Shown in pieces: positions 1 to 11,809 of a DNA stretch of 64,000 nucleotides (the first letter of the stretch is position 1; the number at the start of each line of letters is the position of its first letter). The notes under the pieces are model-generated. The model had not been told where the DNA came from, ran no database searches, and saw only the letters and a program-made list of their open reading frames with translations. Origin of the DNA: Octopus bimaculoides (Eukaryota); contig NC_068992.1 of assembly GCF_001194135.2 (NCBI RefSeq), positions 26,855,772 through 26,919,771 on the forward strand. The letters run 5' to 3'. The position numbers and the translations under genes were made by a program.

Positions 1-460
1 TAAAATAATTATTTGTTCAGTATCTTCATCTGTGGAAAATTATCCCTGGTTTTAAAGTAATATATTATTTTGTTTATTCATTTACTTAATTGTCATTAAC
101 CGTACCGCCCATAGAGTTGTGCCTGATCAAATGGTTCAATAATGCAATCAATGATAATATAAAAGAATTATAGCAATGATACTCTCCAAATTGGAACAGT
201 TTAGTCACTGATGTATTTATTTCTTTATTTTATCCCCCATATATTCATTGAATTTTTCATTTACGTTATTATATTTAATCATGCACCAAAGTCAGTTCCT
301 GGTGATGATCTTATTGACGTTGTATTTGTTTGATAACATAATCCTGTGAGTTACTGACCTGAGAAAAAATATCCTTAATTTTAATGTCTAATAAAAGTTT
401 TAGACATAAACTTTTATGTATTAACATTTTTTCCATGAAATTTAACTTATATAGTTATCA

Positions 461-843
461 CGTTGTAGCCATCCGTCGGTTACGACGACGAATGTTCCAG
501 TTGATCCGATCCACGGAACAGCCTGCTCGTGAAATTAACGTGCAAGTGGCTGAGCACTCCACAGACACGTGTACACTTAACGTATTTTTCGGGGAGTTTC
601 AGCGTGACACAGAGTGTAACAAGACTGGCCCTTTGAAATACAGGTACAACTGAAACAGGAAGAAAGAGTGAGAGAAAGTTGTGGTGAAAGAGTACAGCAG
701 GGTTCACCACCACCCACTACCGGAACCTCGTACAGCTTTAGGTGTTTTCACTCAATAAACACTCCGGACGCTCAGTCTGGGAATCGAAGCCGCGATGCTA
801 TGGCCACGAGTCCGATGCCCTAACCACTGGGCCATTGCGCCTC
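461..843 (-). mobile_element. tRNA-derived SINE family B, full length, with 13-bp TSD
   Basis: Reverse complement starts with a tRNA-like head (A-box CCCAGTGGTTAGG, B-box GCTTCGATTCCC). The body matches copies at 4574 and 40340. TATATAGTTATCA flanks it at 448-460 and 844-856. Confidence 0.9.
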
Positions 844-912
844 TATATAGTTATCATAAATATAACGGTTTTGTAATTATCAATAGATGCTGCTAATTAG
901 GAAGATTCTAAT

Positions 913-1119
913 AATCCTTTCTACTATAGGTACAAGGCTTGAAATTTTGGAGAAGGAGGAAATTCGATTACATTAACTTCATTGCTTAACTGGTATTTAT
1001 CTCAACGACCCCGTAAGAATGAAAGGCAAAGTCGATCTCGATGGAATTTGAAATCAGAATGTAAAACCAGAAGTGTTGCTAAGCATTTTCTCCGGCATGC
1101 TGACGATTTTGCAGGTTCG
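913..1119 (-). mobile_element. Degenerate SINE family A copy
   Basis: Diverged match to family A (GAAAGGCAAAGTCGATCTCG...GAATTTGAAATCAGAA...CTAAGCATTT). Confidence 0.7.
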
Positions 1120-1216
1120 ATCCCTCGGGGTAGATGTTCATAATAATACGCATAATTGTAATGTATAGAAATGAAACCAAAATAGTGGCTACAGATTTTG
1201 GCACAAGGCCTGAAGT

Positions 1217-1433
1217 ATTCTTTACTACTCTAGGCACAAGGCCTGCAATTTTGGAGGAGGGGGCCAGTCGATTAGATCGACCCCAGTACGCAACTAGTAC
1301 TTAATTTATCGACCCAGAAAGGATGAAAGACAAAGTCGACCTCGGCGGAATTCGAACTCAGAACGTAGCGGCAGACGAAATACCACGAAGCATTTCGCCT
1401 GGCGAGCTAACGTTTCTGCCAGTTCGCCACCTT
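1217..1433 (-). mobile_element. SINE family A, near full length
   Basis: Tail TTCTTTACTACTCTAGGCACAAGGCC, central GACCCAGAAAGGATGAAAGACAAAGTCGACCTCGGCGGAATTCGAACTCAGAAC and tRNA-like head. Matches more than 10 other copies in the window. Confidence 0.9.
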
Positions 1434-1520
1434 CCAAGGCCTGAAATATTGAACGAGAGGTTAAGTCGATAACAACAACTCGATTGCTCAATGCCCAACT
1501 GATACTTTATTATAGCCACT

Positions 1521-1659
1521 ACGCTGTATCTCCCAGAGAACTACGTTAACGGTACACGTGCCTGTGGAGTGCTCAGCCACTTGCACGTTAATTTCACGAG
1601 CAGGCTGTTCCGTTGATCGGAGCAACCGTAACACTCGTCGTCGTAGCCGACGGAGTGCC
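1521..1659 (+). mobile_element. 5'-truncated SINE family B (3' third)
   Basis: GAGAACTACGTTAAC...GTGCTCAGCCACTTGCACGTTAATTTCACGAGCAGGCTGTTCC...CGACGGAGTGCC matches the 3' part of 4574-4946. Confidence 0.85.
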
Positions 1660-2947
1660 GCGGATTATTACTATTGTTGTTGTTGTTGTTGTTATTAGTA
1701 TTCTTGTTATTATGTATTGAATGTGCCTCGCTTCGGTTTGTAGAACGATTTTTTCTATTGGAAATAAGCTGTTTTGTTAAGACTTTTTTTGACATTTCCT
1801 AAAATAAGAACAGAATGACAGACGAATGCGAAAGTCACAAGAATGGTAATAATAACACAAGTATAATGTTAGCAATAACAACAGCAAAAACTAAGAGGAC
1901 AAAATTAACAAATAAAAGAAAACAGCAACGGAAACAAAGACTACAACGGCAGCAGCAGCAATTGAGGGAGCAACGGCAGCAGTAGTATAACAACAGCAAC
2001 AACAGTTACAGCAACATAATAAAAAAAAACTATAACATCAGTAAGAGCAATAAGAACGTCATTAACAGCAAAGTTACCTTCCTTGGATTAACTTCTAAAG
2101 GGGAACTATACAGCCTCTCGGCGTTGAAGACAAGTGAACCAAATGAGAAGGCCTTCTACATTTCTGAAAATAAAGGGGAGAAGGATAGCGTTTCCAATCC
2201 TCCTGAAACTCTAGATACAACCGCTGGTAAGACTGTACTATCCCCGAGTTTGTTTATAAATTTGTTGCCTGCGGGGAACATTTTACATCGTCTCTAATGT
2301 AAGGCAGGACATATAGGACAAGGCAGTTCTTACCTCATATATTTCTTGATTGGAAGATACGAACATCTTTAACTCTAAACGATCCGAGCCCAAAATTCCT
2401 CTATCTGTCATATATGTTAATTGATTAGTTCAGTACATCTTAAGCTGCAATACATTCAATTGAATAACCGTGGGATATTATTTATATTACAAACTTTGAA
2501 TGTAATTATTGTAAGGTCGACATTGTTACAATATACAAATAGCCCACTTCTGTAAATTTACTGGTAACTCAGGTATAAAATTTCTCTGTCTCTTCAAAAA
2601 GCGTTTGTTTTGTAATTTTTGTTTTTTGTAGTTATGGTTGAGGATTTGGTTGAGCGAATATCAAATAAGTTAGATGAATGCTGCGTAATGATTAATTAAT
2701 CTTTCTCTTGACATTGTCAGAAGTCATTCAAGGTATACATTGATGTTACACTATTCTAATATTTGTTCTACATTCTTAATTTCTAATTATCTCGTAATTA
2801 TTTCCTATTCTCTGTAGTTTTTATCATATATTTTCCCATTTCCTCGTTTCCATACAAAGCCGAGATTTTCATTCATCCTCATGAACATAAATATTTTCTA
2901 TCTCTATAATATGCTTCTCAAAAATATTTTCTATTTTCATTTCATCG

Positions 2948-2986
<39 letters not shown>

Positions 2987-3327
2987 NNNNNNNNNNNNNN
3001 NNNNNNNNNNNNNNNNNNNNNNNNNNNNNNNNNNNNNNNNNNNNNNNNNNNNNNNNNNNNNNNNNNNNNNNNNNNNNNNNNNNNNNNNNNNNNNNNNNNN
3101 NNNNNNNNNNNNNNNNNNNNNNNNNNNNNNNNNNNNNNNNNNNNNNNNNNNNNNNNNNNNNNNNNNNNNNNNNNNNNNNNNNNNNNNNNNNNNNNNNNNN
3201 NNNNNNNNNNNNNNNNNNNNNNNNNNNNNNNNNNNNNNNNNNNNNNNNNNNNNNNNNNNNNNNNNNNNNNNNNNNNNNNNNNNNNNNNNNNNNNNNNNNN
3301 NNNNNNNNNNNNNNNNNNNNNNNNNNN

Positions 3328-3383
<56 letters not shown>

Positions 3384-3524
3384 AATGTGTGTGTGTATAT
3401 TCTGCTGTTTTTTATTTACCGCCAAGTATTGGTTATTTCTACGAATCTGTTTATCGAGTTCACATAAATTGTTAATAATAGTACCTTTGAAGACGTCTCA
3501 ATGGACCATTACAGAGGGCACTTT

Positions 3525-3570
3525 ATCACTGATGAAATCCAAGTACGATCGAAACTTATACTTGGTTGAT
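3525..3570 (+). ncRNA. Degenerate type I hammerhead-ribozyme-like motif
   Basis: CTGATGA (3529-3535), stem II ATC/GAT with CAAGTAC loop, GAAAC (3551-3555), then GGTTGAT. The G10.1 position is A and the stem I register is imperfect. Confidence 0.45.
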
Positions 3571-3965
3571 CCTTGTTTTTCCCTCCGCAAAAACATCGTA
3601 TGTCTGCTTATTGCCTACAGTGTTGTATACTGTAGAATAATATCTATAGATACATGTGCAATGTAGTATGGCATTGGAGGAATACGCTGTTAATTTACCA
3701 GTAACTCATTATTTATGTTGTTGCAGATAAAAAAAAATATAGCGTCTATAAGTTTCTCATGAAATATTTCATCTCGTTCTTGTAGTTATCTATTCACGCA
3801 CAGCTTTATAATTAACTACGATATCGATAAAGGTTACATTCTTTGTTATGCTTTCTGTCTTTCTATAGTTCTTCGCCCTTCCCTGTCTCTGTGTCTCTCT
3901 CATTTCCCATCTTGACTCTCTCCCTCTCTTTTTCCCTGTCTCTCTTTCTCTCTCTCTTTCACTTC

Positions 3966-4016
<51 letters not shown>

Positions 4017-4573
4017 TTTCTTTCTAGCAGCTTTTTATCATTCTCCAGCTCTATTATTCGTTCTGCATCCTTTCGTCTCACACTTACGCTTACTTGTTTT
4101 ACTACAATAACTACTAATAGACTGAATTAATTATATCGTTTTTCAGTACAACAGAAACGCAGTCCATCTTCCTCTCTTGCCAATCTTAACTTATCCATTC
4201 CGTTTCATTCACTCTCTCCGTTACAGCTCTCCATATTATTATATAAGTCTAGGTAATATATATCGAAGATATTTATCACAGGGCGTTCCATCTCTGACCA
4301 TATCATTCTTTATTGAAGCAATATCAATGTGTCCTAAACATTTTTAAGATAGCCAAATCGATCTTAAGTCATGTTCAAGGCAAGGTTTGGGAGACGTTTG
4401 GTTGATATATGTAGGACATGGAGACAACCGTATAGAAGGCCCAATGAGTGAAATAAATATATCATTACTTTTGAAAATTACGCATAATGATGTCAATAGG
4501 CATCACGTATTGCAAGAAGAGTTACTTAGTAATGAATCTTTAGTGGTCTATAGTCTGTAGTCCTCAATAATGT

Positions 4574-4946
4574 GGAGGCGCAATGACCTAGTGATTAGGG
4601 CGGGGGACTCGCCGTCGTAGGATCGCGGTTTCGATTCCCAGACCGGGCGTTGCTCGCGTTTACTGAGCGAAAACACCTAAAGCACTACGAGGATCCGGCA
4701 GGAGGATGGGGTGGCAAACACTGCTATACTCACCACAACTTTCTCTCACTCTTTCTTACTCTTTCTATTGTACCTGTATTTCAGAGGGTCAGCCTTATCA
4801 CGCTCTGTGTCACGCTGAGTCTCCCCGAGAACTATGTTAAGGGTACACGTGTCTGTGGACTGTTCAGCCATTTGCACGTTAATTTCACGAGCAGGTTGTT
4901 CCATTGATCAGATCAACTTCGACGGCGTAACCGACGGAGTGTCACG
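4574..4946 (+). mobile_element. SINE family B, full length, with 15-bp TSD
   Basis: Head GGAGGCGCAATGACCTAGTGATTAGG...GGTTTCGATTCCC. TSD AGTCCTCAATAATGT at 4559-4573 and 4947-4961. Confidence 0.92.
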
Positions 4947-4959
4947 AGTCCTCAATAAT

Positions 4960-5860
4960 GTTTCTACCATAATCTATAATATCCAGTAGTCTTTCTACAA
5001 TTGTCTGTATAGTTCAGTAGTACTTGCACGTTAGTCTATACTTCTACCTCTACAGCACTCTATACATATCAGTAGCGTCTCTGTAGTAGTCTATAAAATT
5101 CAGTAGTGCTATAAAATGGCTATATAGTCTCGCCATAGAAGTATAGTGTTGTCATGAGTGCTTAATCCTCAATAGTACTTTAGCCCCTAGTCTTGGAGTC
5201 ATAATCGAAAACAATGGGTTATTGTGCAGATACTAGTGAATGGTATAGACTATTATTGAGGTAATGCTGAAAACAACACAATAGTGTAGAGTTAATTCTG
5301 AAGACTATATAAGTGTACATACTCTACAGCAGAATAAAGACCACTATCAATATACTATTGAATTCATTGATTTATTATGAATATAGTACAGAGTATAGAC
5401 AATTTCCGAGGTACCGCTGAGGAATATAGTCTTTAGTAGAACTAGTACAATAGTCTATATCATTCAGTTAGTACATTATTAGAAAGCTATAGTAATACAT
5501 CACTAATACCTCTTGAATAGTTTTTAGACAGCAATAGTATATTATAAGTAGACGATAATTCTCAGTAATACTTCAACAACAAACTTTACTGAGCAGTGTT
5601 ATCTTTGTAGCAGTCAACAATTATCAGTAGTGCTTTTGTAACTGACAATAATGTTCAACATTCACCATAGTGTGTTATTATCAGGAAAAGTCGACATTAT
5701 TCATTAGCGTCTCAACAATAGAGTCTAGCCTGTACGGCTAGACGCTACTGTCTCAGCAATAGTGTATAGTTCTCAAAAGTGTTTCTAATATAGTCTATAA
5801 TCTCCTATGATGTTTCTGAGGCCGAGTATAGTGTTTTATAGTGTCTCTATGTTAGGTAAT
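4960..5860. repeat. Highly degenerate short-period repeat region
   Basis: Recurrent TAGTCTATA (about 5032, 5087, 5451, 5791), CAGTAGT and CTCAATAG words. No ORF, and no exact unit can be defined by eye. Confidence 0.5.
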
Positions 5861-6054
5861 AGCCTTCGTTATAGCGGTTTATACTTCACAGTAAGTATGT
5901 ACCACGCGCTTTTGCGTTCAGTCTCACTGCGCATCGCTTTAGGCAGTTATTTTCTACTATAATCCTGGTTCGTCCAATATATTTTTAGAGAATGAATGAA
6001 AACTGTATGGAAGTCATAAATGTGTGTGTATGTGTGTGTACGTGCGCACGCGTG

Positions 6055-6280
6055 CTTGTTTGTGTCTTTGTGTTTGCGCGCACTACTTGACAACCGGTGT
6101 TGGTTTGTTTACTTCCTCATAACTTAGCAGTTTGGCAAAAGATACCGACGGAATAAGTATCAGATATAAGAATGAAATAAAACACTGCATAGTGTGTTTG
6201 ATCTGTTCCACTAAACAGTTCAACGCAGTGCCCCAGCATGGCCGCAGTCCATTGACTGAAGCCTGTAAATGATTAAAGAT
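6055..6280 (+). mobile_element. 3' half of SINE family C
   Basis: CTTGACAACCGGTGTTGG...AACTTAGCAGTTTGGCAAAAGATACCGACGGAATAAGTA...CCCCAGCATGGCCGCAGTC. Homologous to minus-strand pieces at 41112 and 47605. Confidence 0.75.
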
Positions 6281-6368
6281 AATAATGTTGCTGTTGGAGT
6301 ATTTATTGCGGTTTCGTTAGATGTTTTTTTTTCTTAACTAGCAGCAGATCTATGATTAAAGATGCGCA

Positions 6369-6608
6369 ATGTTTCACCATTCAATCTGTTTGCGGAAGAA
6401 ACAAGCCCGGAAAGACTGGAGGAATGGCGGTTACAGAGAACTATCTCAGGCGGCTAGAGGGGAATATAGGAGACAGATATATTTAGGTAGGGGAGAATCA
6501 GAAAGGAAGAAGTTTACCAATGTTCTGCGGTGTGAGGACCAAGGGCTTGAGGTGTTTCGAATTGCAAGACTGTATCAGAGAAATTCGAAACGTAATAGAA
6601 AACTATAA
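6369..6608 (+). mobile_element. RTE-type LINE ORF2 internal fragment (EN-RT linker)
   Basis: ORF KKQARKDWRNGGYRELSQAARGEYRRQIYLGRGESERKKFTNVLRCEDQGLEVFRIAR resembles the RTE/RTE-X linker pattern (recalled, not searched). Confidence 0.55.
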
Positions 6609-6679
6609 GTACGAACTACATCATTCGGAGTACCACGTTACTTGAGGGAAGTTTGGGTACTATTTCTAATAGGTCAATG

Positions 6680-6990
6680 GGAGCAGTGGTGAACTGTCCA
6701 GGTTGCCAGCTTTCCCGATGGCAAGTGGGCCCCTGCGCCATTAGTATCCATATATGGGGGCCCATGTTAGTATCTAAGGGGCCCATCCCCACACGTTTGA
6801 GAATTTTTTATTCACTCCTGGAAGAATGCATGAATTATTTCAGCCTGGCTGTGTTTGTAGACAGTTGAAAAGAATACTTTAACAAAAAAAGGAATTAAAC
6901 GATAGCATTGTAGTTTCGGGTGGGCCCCCTTGTAGATGCGGGTGCCCCCGCCCCTTGTAGTTGCGGGTGGGCCCCCTTAGCTCCCTGGTA
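6680..6990. mobile_element. Possible MITE-like DNA transposon relic with repeated GGGCCC motifs
   Basis: GC-rich island with about 5 GGGCCC(C) motifs and a duplicated CCCCTTGTAG(A/T)TGCGGGTG unit. TIRs are not clearly resolved. Confidence 0.35.
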
Positions 6991-7620
6991 AATATATATT
7001 TTTAGACCCAGTGAGCCACTGAATAAAACTATATTGTCTTCCTACCTTGGCTCCTGCTAATGGTGTTGTTTTATCTTCTGTTTAAACTCTCTTCCTTTTG
7101 TTGTTGCTGTTTGTTATCTTCCCTGCTCTTAGTTTCTTCATAAATTATTTTCTTTTGACGTCTACAAACCACATATTGTCGTCTCGATTGTTTTGTCTTG
7201 TTGGTGTTCACAGCTATTATTACTGTTTATATTGCTGGCTTTTTTGTTGCTTTCGTTGACTTTTAAAGCTTTTGATATTCTTGTAATACATATTCTTTTG
7301 TTCCTCTATTCTGCATTTCATTATTGGTACAGTACTTGTTGTATTGTGTATATCGTGTATATTATTGTTGTCTTTGTTGTTGCTACTGCTATGATCGTAT
7401 TAACAGTAGCAACATCATATACGCGTTAGCGTATATTATTCATTGTTTTAATACTGATAATTATGAAACAAATCTGAGAATCTTCTTCAAGAAGTAAGTT
7501 GACATCTTACGAAAAATTTATCGAAAGAAATATACGTTCTGTCATCAATCAATAAACTATATTGTTCTACAAATTCTGTATGGAATATAGATTGTCGGCT
7601 TCTTCACTTGTTTGTTTTGA

Positions 7621-7633
7621 CGACGATGATGAC

Positions 7634-7707
<74 letters not shown>

Positions 7708-7855
7708 GGAGGAGGAGGANNNNNNNNNNNNNNNNNNNNNNNNNNNNNNNNNNNNNNNNNNNNNNNNNNNNNNNNNNNNNNNNNNNNNNNNGGGAGGAGA
7801 TGGGGAGGAGATGGGGAGGAGATGGGGAGGAGATGGGGAGGAGGGGAGGGGGAGG
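7621..7855. repeat. (GAT)n microsatellite, gap, then (GGGGAGGAGAT)n 11-mer repeat
   Basis: (GAT)n runs about 7626-7707. GGGGAGGAGAT units run 7792-7855. Confidence 0.95.
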
Positions 7856-8116
7856 TTGACGACGACGATGTTGATGATGGAAGTAATGTTAGCATTAATG
7901 AGACTGGTTAAAAATGTTACGCTGATCAGGATGATGTTAACGACGACGATTGTGTCGACGGTGATGGCGGTAGTCGTTGTGATGGTTGCTATGGTGGTGG
8001 TGATGGTCACCACTTTTTTCAAGGATGAAAATTAAAAGGAAGAAAGGAAGTGAGTTGCAATAGAATGATGAGAACTGACAGTATTGACATTAATCCTACT
8101 TCAATGACGAGAAATT

Positions 8117-8496
8117 GTGGAGGGAAATGGACAAGTGGTTAGAATGCTCGACTTGTAATCGTAATGTTGCGGTTTCGATTCCTGGACAGGGTGATATACC
8201 GTGTTCTTAAACAAAATCATTTCACGTTGCTCCTGTCGACTGAAGTGTTAAAAATTTGTATATGTAATCTTGCAGAGGTCCGGCGTCTTGTCCAGATAGA
8301 AATATACAGGGTAACTCAAAAGTAGGTTCATGGTTATCACGTAGGCACTTTAAATTTCTTTTAAAACATTTTACTACATTTAAATGCTATGCATGGGTGA
8401 CTGCTAGCATTCCATAAACAACCTTGCCCGGACTTGTGCATAGGAGGGTAACTTTCTAGGTGCAATCTCATGGTCAGTCATGACCGAAGGGGGTCT
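8117..8496 (+). mobile_element. Degenerate SINE family D
   Basis: tRNA-like head (CAAGTGGTTAGAATG...GGTTTCGATTCCTGG) followed by GTGTTCTTAAACAAAA..TTTCACGTTGCTCC. The 3' part ends CATAAACAACCTTGCCCGGACTTGTG...CATGACCGAAGGGGGTCT. Confidence 0.65.
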
Positions 8497-8504
8497 CAGC
8501 AATA

Positions 8505-9016
8505 CTGAAAGACTTCAGAAAAAATCATTCCTCCTCATTGATATGATTGTCCAAACGACGTAGATGTATCTGTCAAGACCTACCAAAAAAACTGAGCAAG
8601 TATAAAGATTTTGAAACACATATTGGCAAAAATAGAAATTGGTAAAATGTGGAATCTCAAGACTAAAACAATACCTGTTGACAAAGGTACCCTAGGAATG
8701 ATAGCATAAGGGGCTGATCCCTACCTAGCTCAGATACCAGGAAACTCCAAAATGGTAGAAATTCAAAAGTTAGTGCTCATGGAAACTGCCACTATCCAAC
8801 GTAAAATACTGTGTATGTTATATCAAATTTTAAAAAAACTGATAATTTTCTTGTTTTCTTAAACATTCTCTAGAAAATACTGTCTACAAAACCAAATATA
8901 TGACACCCAAGGCATAACACCAACAGGAACTTCTAACTTGTTGTCTCGTGAAGTCTCTGGGTGAGATTTGGAATCAACTTGTACAAATCCAAACCAAATT
9001 TAAACATATAATAGTG

Positions 9017-9087
<71 letters not shown>
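8505..9087 (+). mobile_element. 3' end of an R4/Dong-type (RLE) LINE with (AAT)n tail
   Basis: Frameshifted reading ...LSKYKD...IEIGKMWNLKTKTIPVDKGTLGMIA*GADPYLAQIPGNSKMVEIQKLVLMETATIQRKIL, the typical C-terminus after the PD..D nuclease. A 3'UTR and (AAT)n at 9013-9087 follow. Confidence 0.8.
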
Positions 9088-9353
9088 NNNNNNNNNNNNN
9101 NNNNNNNNNNNNNNNNNNNNNNNNNNNNNNNNNNNNNNNNNNNNNNNNNNNNNNNNNNNNNNNNNNNNNNNNNNNNNNNNNNNNNNNNNNNNNNNNNNNN
9201 NNNNNNNNNNNNNNNNNNNNNNNNNNNNNNNNNNNNNNNNNNNNNNNNNNNNNNNNNNNNNNNNNNNNNNNNNNNNNNNNNNNNNNNNNNNNNNNNNNNN
9301 NNNNNNNNNNNNNNNNNNNNNNNNNNNNNNNNNNNNNNNNNNNNNNNNNNNNN

Positions 9354-9677
9354 GGGAGGGAACTTCCTGGAAAGTTCCTGGAACTGTTTTAAAAGATCCA
9401 GGTTTTCATGGAAAGTTCCTATGACTTTGTGGAAAGTTCCGGGGAGAGGTGTCTTCCTGGAATGTTCCGATGATTTCCTGGGAAGTTCCCAGATGTGGGG
9501 GCTTTCTGGAAAGTTCCGAGGTTGGGCAAGACTTCCTAGAAAGTTCCGAGGACTTCCTAGGGATTACTCGAAAGTTCCGAGGAGGGGACTTCCTGAAAAG
9601 TTCCGAGGACTTCCTGGAAAGTTCCGAGGAAGCTCCTGTAAAGCACCGAGGAAATGAGGAACTTCCTGGAAAAGTCC
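9354..9677. repeat. Minisatellite, about 21-bp unit GGAAAGTTCCGAGGACTTCCT, about 10 degenerate copies
   Basis: (G)AAAGTTCC recurs at about 9371, 9411, 9432, 9481, 9509, 9540, 9570, 9598, 9617 and 9668. Confidence 0.85.
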
Positions 9678-9689
9678 AAGTAGGGGATT

Positions 9690-11222
9690 GGACACGTTCT
9701 CTTCTGTGTTCCATAGGAGTGGGGTGGAAATGTCCTTTCCAGATGAGCATTCTTCTTTGCCAGATGAGCGTGTTTCCTTGCTTCAATCAGCTTGTTGATT
9801 TCAATATTGTTTTCATCAAACCAGTCTTGATTACTGGTCTTGATGAAGGTGATGACATTGTTCGCTGTTTTTGTAACTGTATCACTAATGTTTCTCGATG
9901 TGGTCCTGAAGTGAGTTTTAATTTATTAATGATGAATAACTTGTGTTCTATGTATAAATGTAAGGTTAGATGTCCATTGGAGTTGCAATTCTCGAGCCTT
10001 CATTACCAATGCCATTTTCCCATGATCCTCTCCTACTCTTACATTGAAGTCTCCTTGTATTTCGGTGCTATGTTGACAATGGCATGACTTAGTTGCTGGT
10101 AAAATTGATTTGTTTCTTCTTCATCAGTACCAAATATTGGAGCATAAACAGAAACGAGAGTGATGTAATTCTCTTTAGTAAGTTTTAAATGAAGAGTCAT
10201 TAGTCATTCGTTGATGACAGTTGGTGTTAAGTTATGGACTTGTATGGTATATGTCTTCATAACAAAACCAACTCTTTGTACTTTTCTCTCACCTGCATAC
10301 TGGTATTTTCAAAAGAATGTATAGCCAGAACCAGTTTGATCGAGTCTCCCTTCTCTTGAAAGGTGTGTTTCACTCATGGTTGCGATTTCCACATTAACTC
10401 TAGCCAATTCTAAATGACTTTCTGGTCCGCTGTCGATGCTATCAATGTCAAGAAGAGTTCTCACATTCCATGCCATATTCCAAAGGCATAGTTTTCTTGG
10501 TTCGACCACAGGCTGAGTGGCCTTCTAGCTGCGGCTTTTCAGCCAGGCAGTGGTAGCGACTGCTGACGTTTAGTCTCCCTTTTCTAGGAACTTCCCCGAT
10601 TGAGGTAGCCAGCGATACTATTAATCAGACCAACCCAGACGTAAATACAGCACCAGGCTCCTAAGTAGTCACTGAATCATAAGAGAACGACCTCCATACA
10701 CTCGCCTCCAAAGTGTGGCTTCGCGAATAGAAGCTTCCAGTTTGAGCAAAACATGCTCCCATCAACACTCCCTTTCAAAGCCGTTGCGCTTTGAAAGAGC
10801 TAGTTGATGATGAAAGAAAACCAGTGTAGCAGAAAGTGCCTTTGACATGAATTTGTTTAAGGTTCACCTCCACTTGTCAGGAAGTGACCCTTGCACTTGA
10901 TTGTATGACGTTTCTCAGCGACACGTATCCAATGAGACATGGAGGATGCTGTTATGAAACGGCAACAGACTGTCACTGACCCGGTTATAGTTGCGATTGA
11001 CGGGTTCTGTAGCATGTCCCTCATGCGCAGCCCTCTTCATCCTTAAGATCTGTTGTAATGATCAGCTGCATGGTACAACTTTGGGGTCTTGTTAGGTTGG
11101 TTGCTCTGAGACCGTGTCCTTGTCCTAAACCTTGCCACCATGTGTGGCCCTACCAAAAGTTTAGAACTTCCGGCGGAATCGCTCTCAGGATCGCCGATCC
11201 ACTCAAGCCACTCCACCGCAAC
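9690..11222 (-). mobile_element. RTE-clade (BovB-like) LINE 5' portion: 5'UTR plus degraded APE endonuclease
   Basis: ORF 10309-10509 reads WNVRTL...ELARVNVEIATMSETH...GSGYTFF. Downstream come TLVSVYAP and QDWFDEN (9810-9829). An RTE-like 5'UTR begins GCGGTGGAGTGGCTTG. Stops, frameshifts and an internal deletion are present. Confidence 0.88.
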
Positions 11223-11261
11223 AATAAGTGACCATTAAAGTGTATATACATTTGAGCGTAC

Positions 11262-11282
11262 GTGTGTGTGTTTGTGTGTGTG

Positions 11283-11320
<38 letters not shown>

Positions 11321-11392
11321 TGTGTTTGTGTGTGTGAGTGTGTTTGTGTGTGTGAGTGTGTGTATGTGTGTGCGTATTTCTATGTGTATATG
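11262..11392. repeat. (GT)n/(GTGA) compound microsatellite
   Basis: Directly visible. Confidence 0.95.
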
Positions 11393-11809
11393 AATATGTA
11401 CACAGACTCTTAGAATATAATCTAACTATGAATGTATGTAGTAGCACTGATATGAGAATAAATGAACTGTCATTTCCATTGTTACTAGTTGATTAATATA
11501 TATTCGTGCCTCAGAATACTTGAAGATAGTGAAAAAGATTTATTAGTCTCTGCATGTTCAACTAATCTTCGAGAACAAATCAACGCATAACATTTTCACC
11601 ACAACACTATCGCCCTCAGATTTTAGATTTTGTAATGTGTTTAACATAGCTGAATTGTTAAAAGTCTAATAGTTTCTCTTATTTTTTCAACTATTTGTGC
11701 ATATGCTTTTAAATTTGTAAGCCACGACATCGTGGATCCCATGCAAGCCTCAATGCAAATAATTGCCTAGTTTAATGTGTGTGATTTCATTTAAAGAGAC
11801 AAGGCTACT

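Noticed and set aside
461-843. tRNA-like A/B boxes as a tRNA gene (also at 4574, 8117, 40340)
   Set aside because: No complete cloverleaf. The heads continue into repeated SINE bodies, two of them with TSDs.
9354-9677. Regularly spaced repeats as a CRISPR array
   Set aside because: Units are contiguous and degenerate with no unique spacers, there are no cas genes, and the context is eukaryotic.
9421-10087. ORFs of 78-212 aa with repetitive SSEDFL / RKSSEL content
   Set aside because: They are read through the 21-bp minisatellite and the antisense strand of the RTE LINE.
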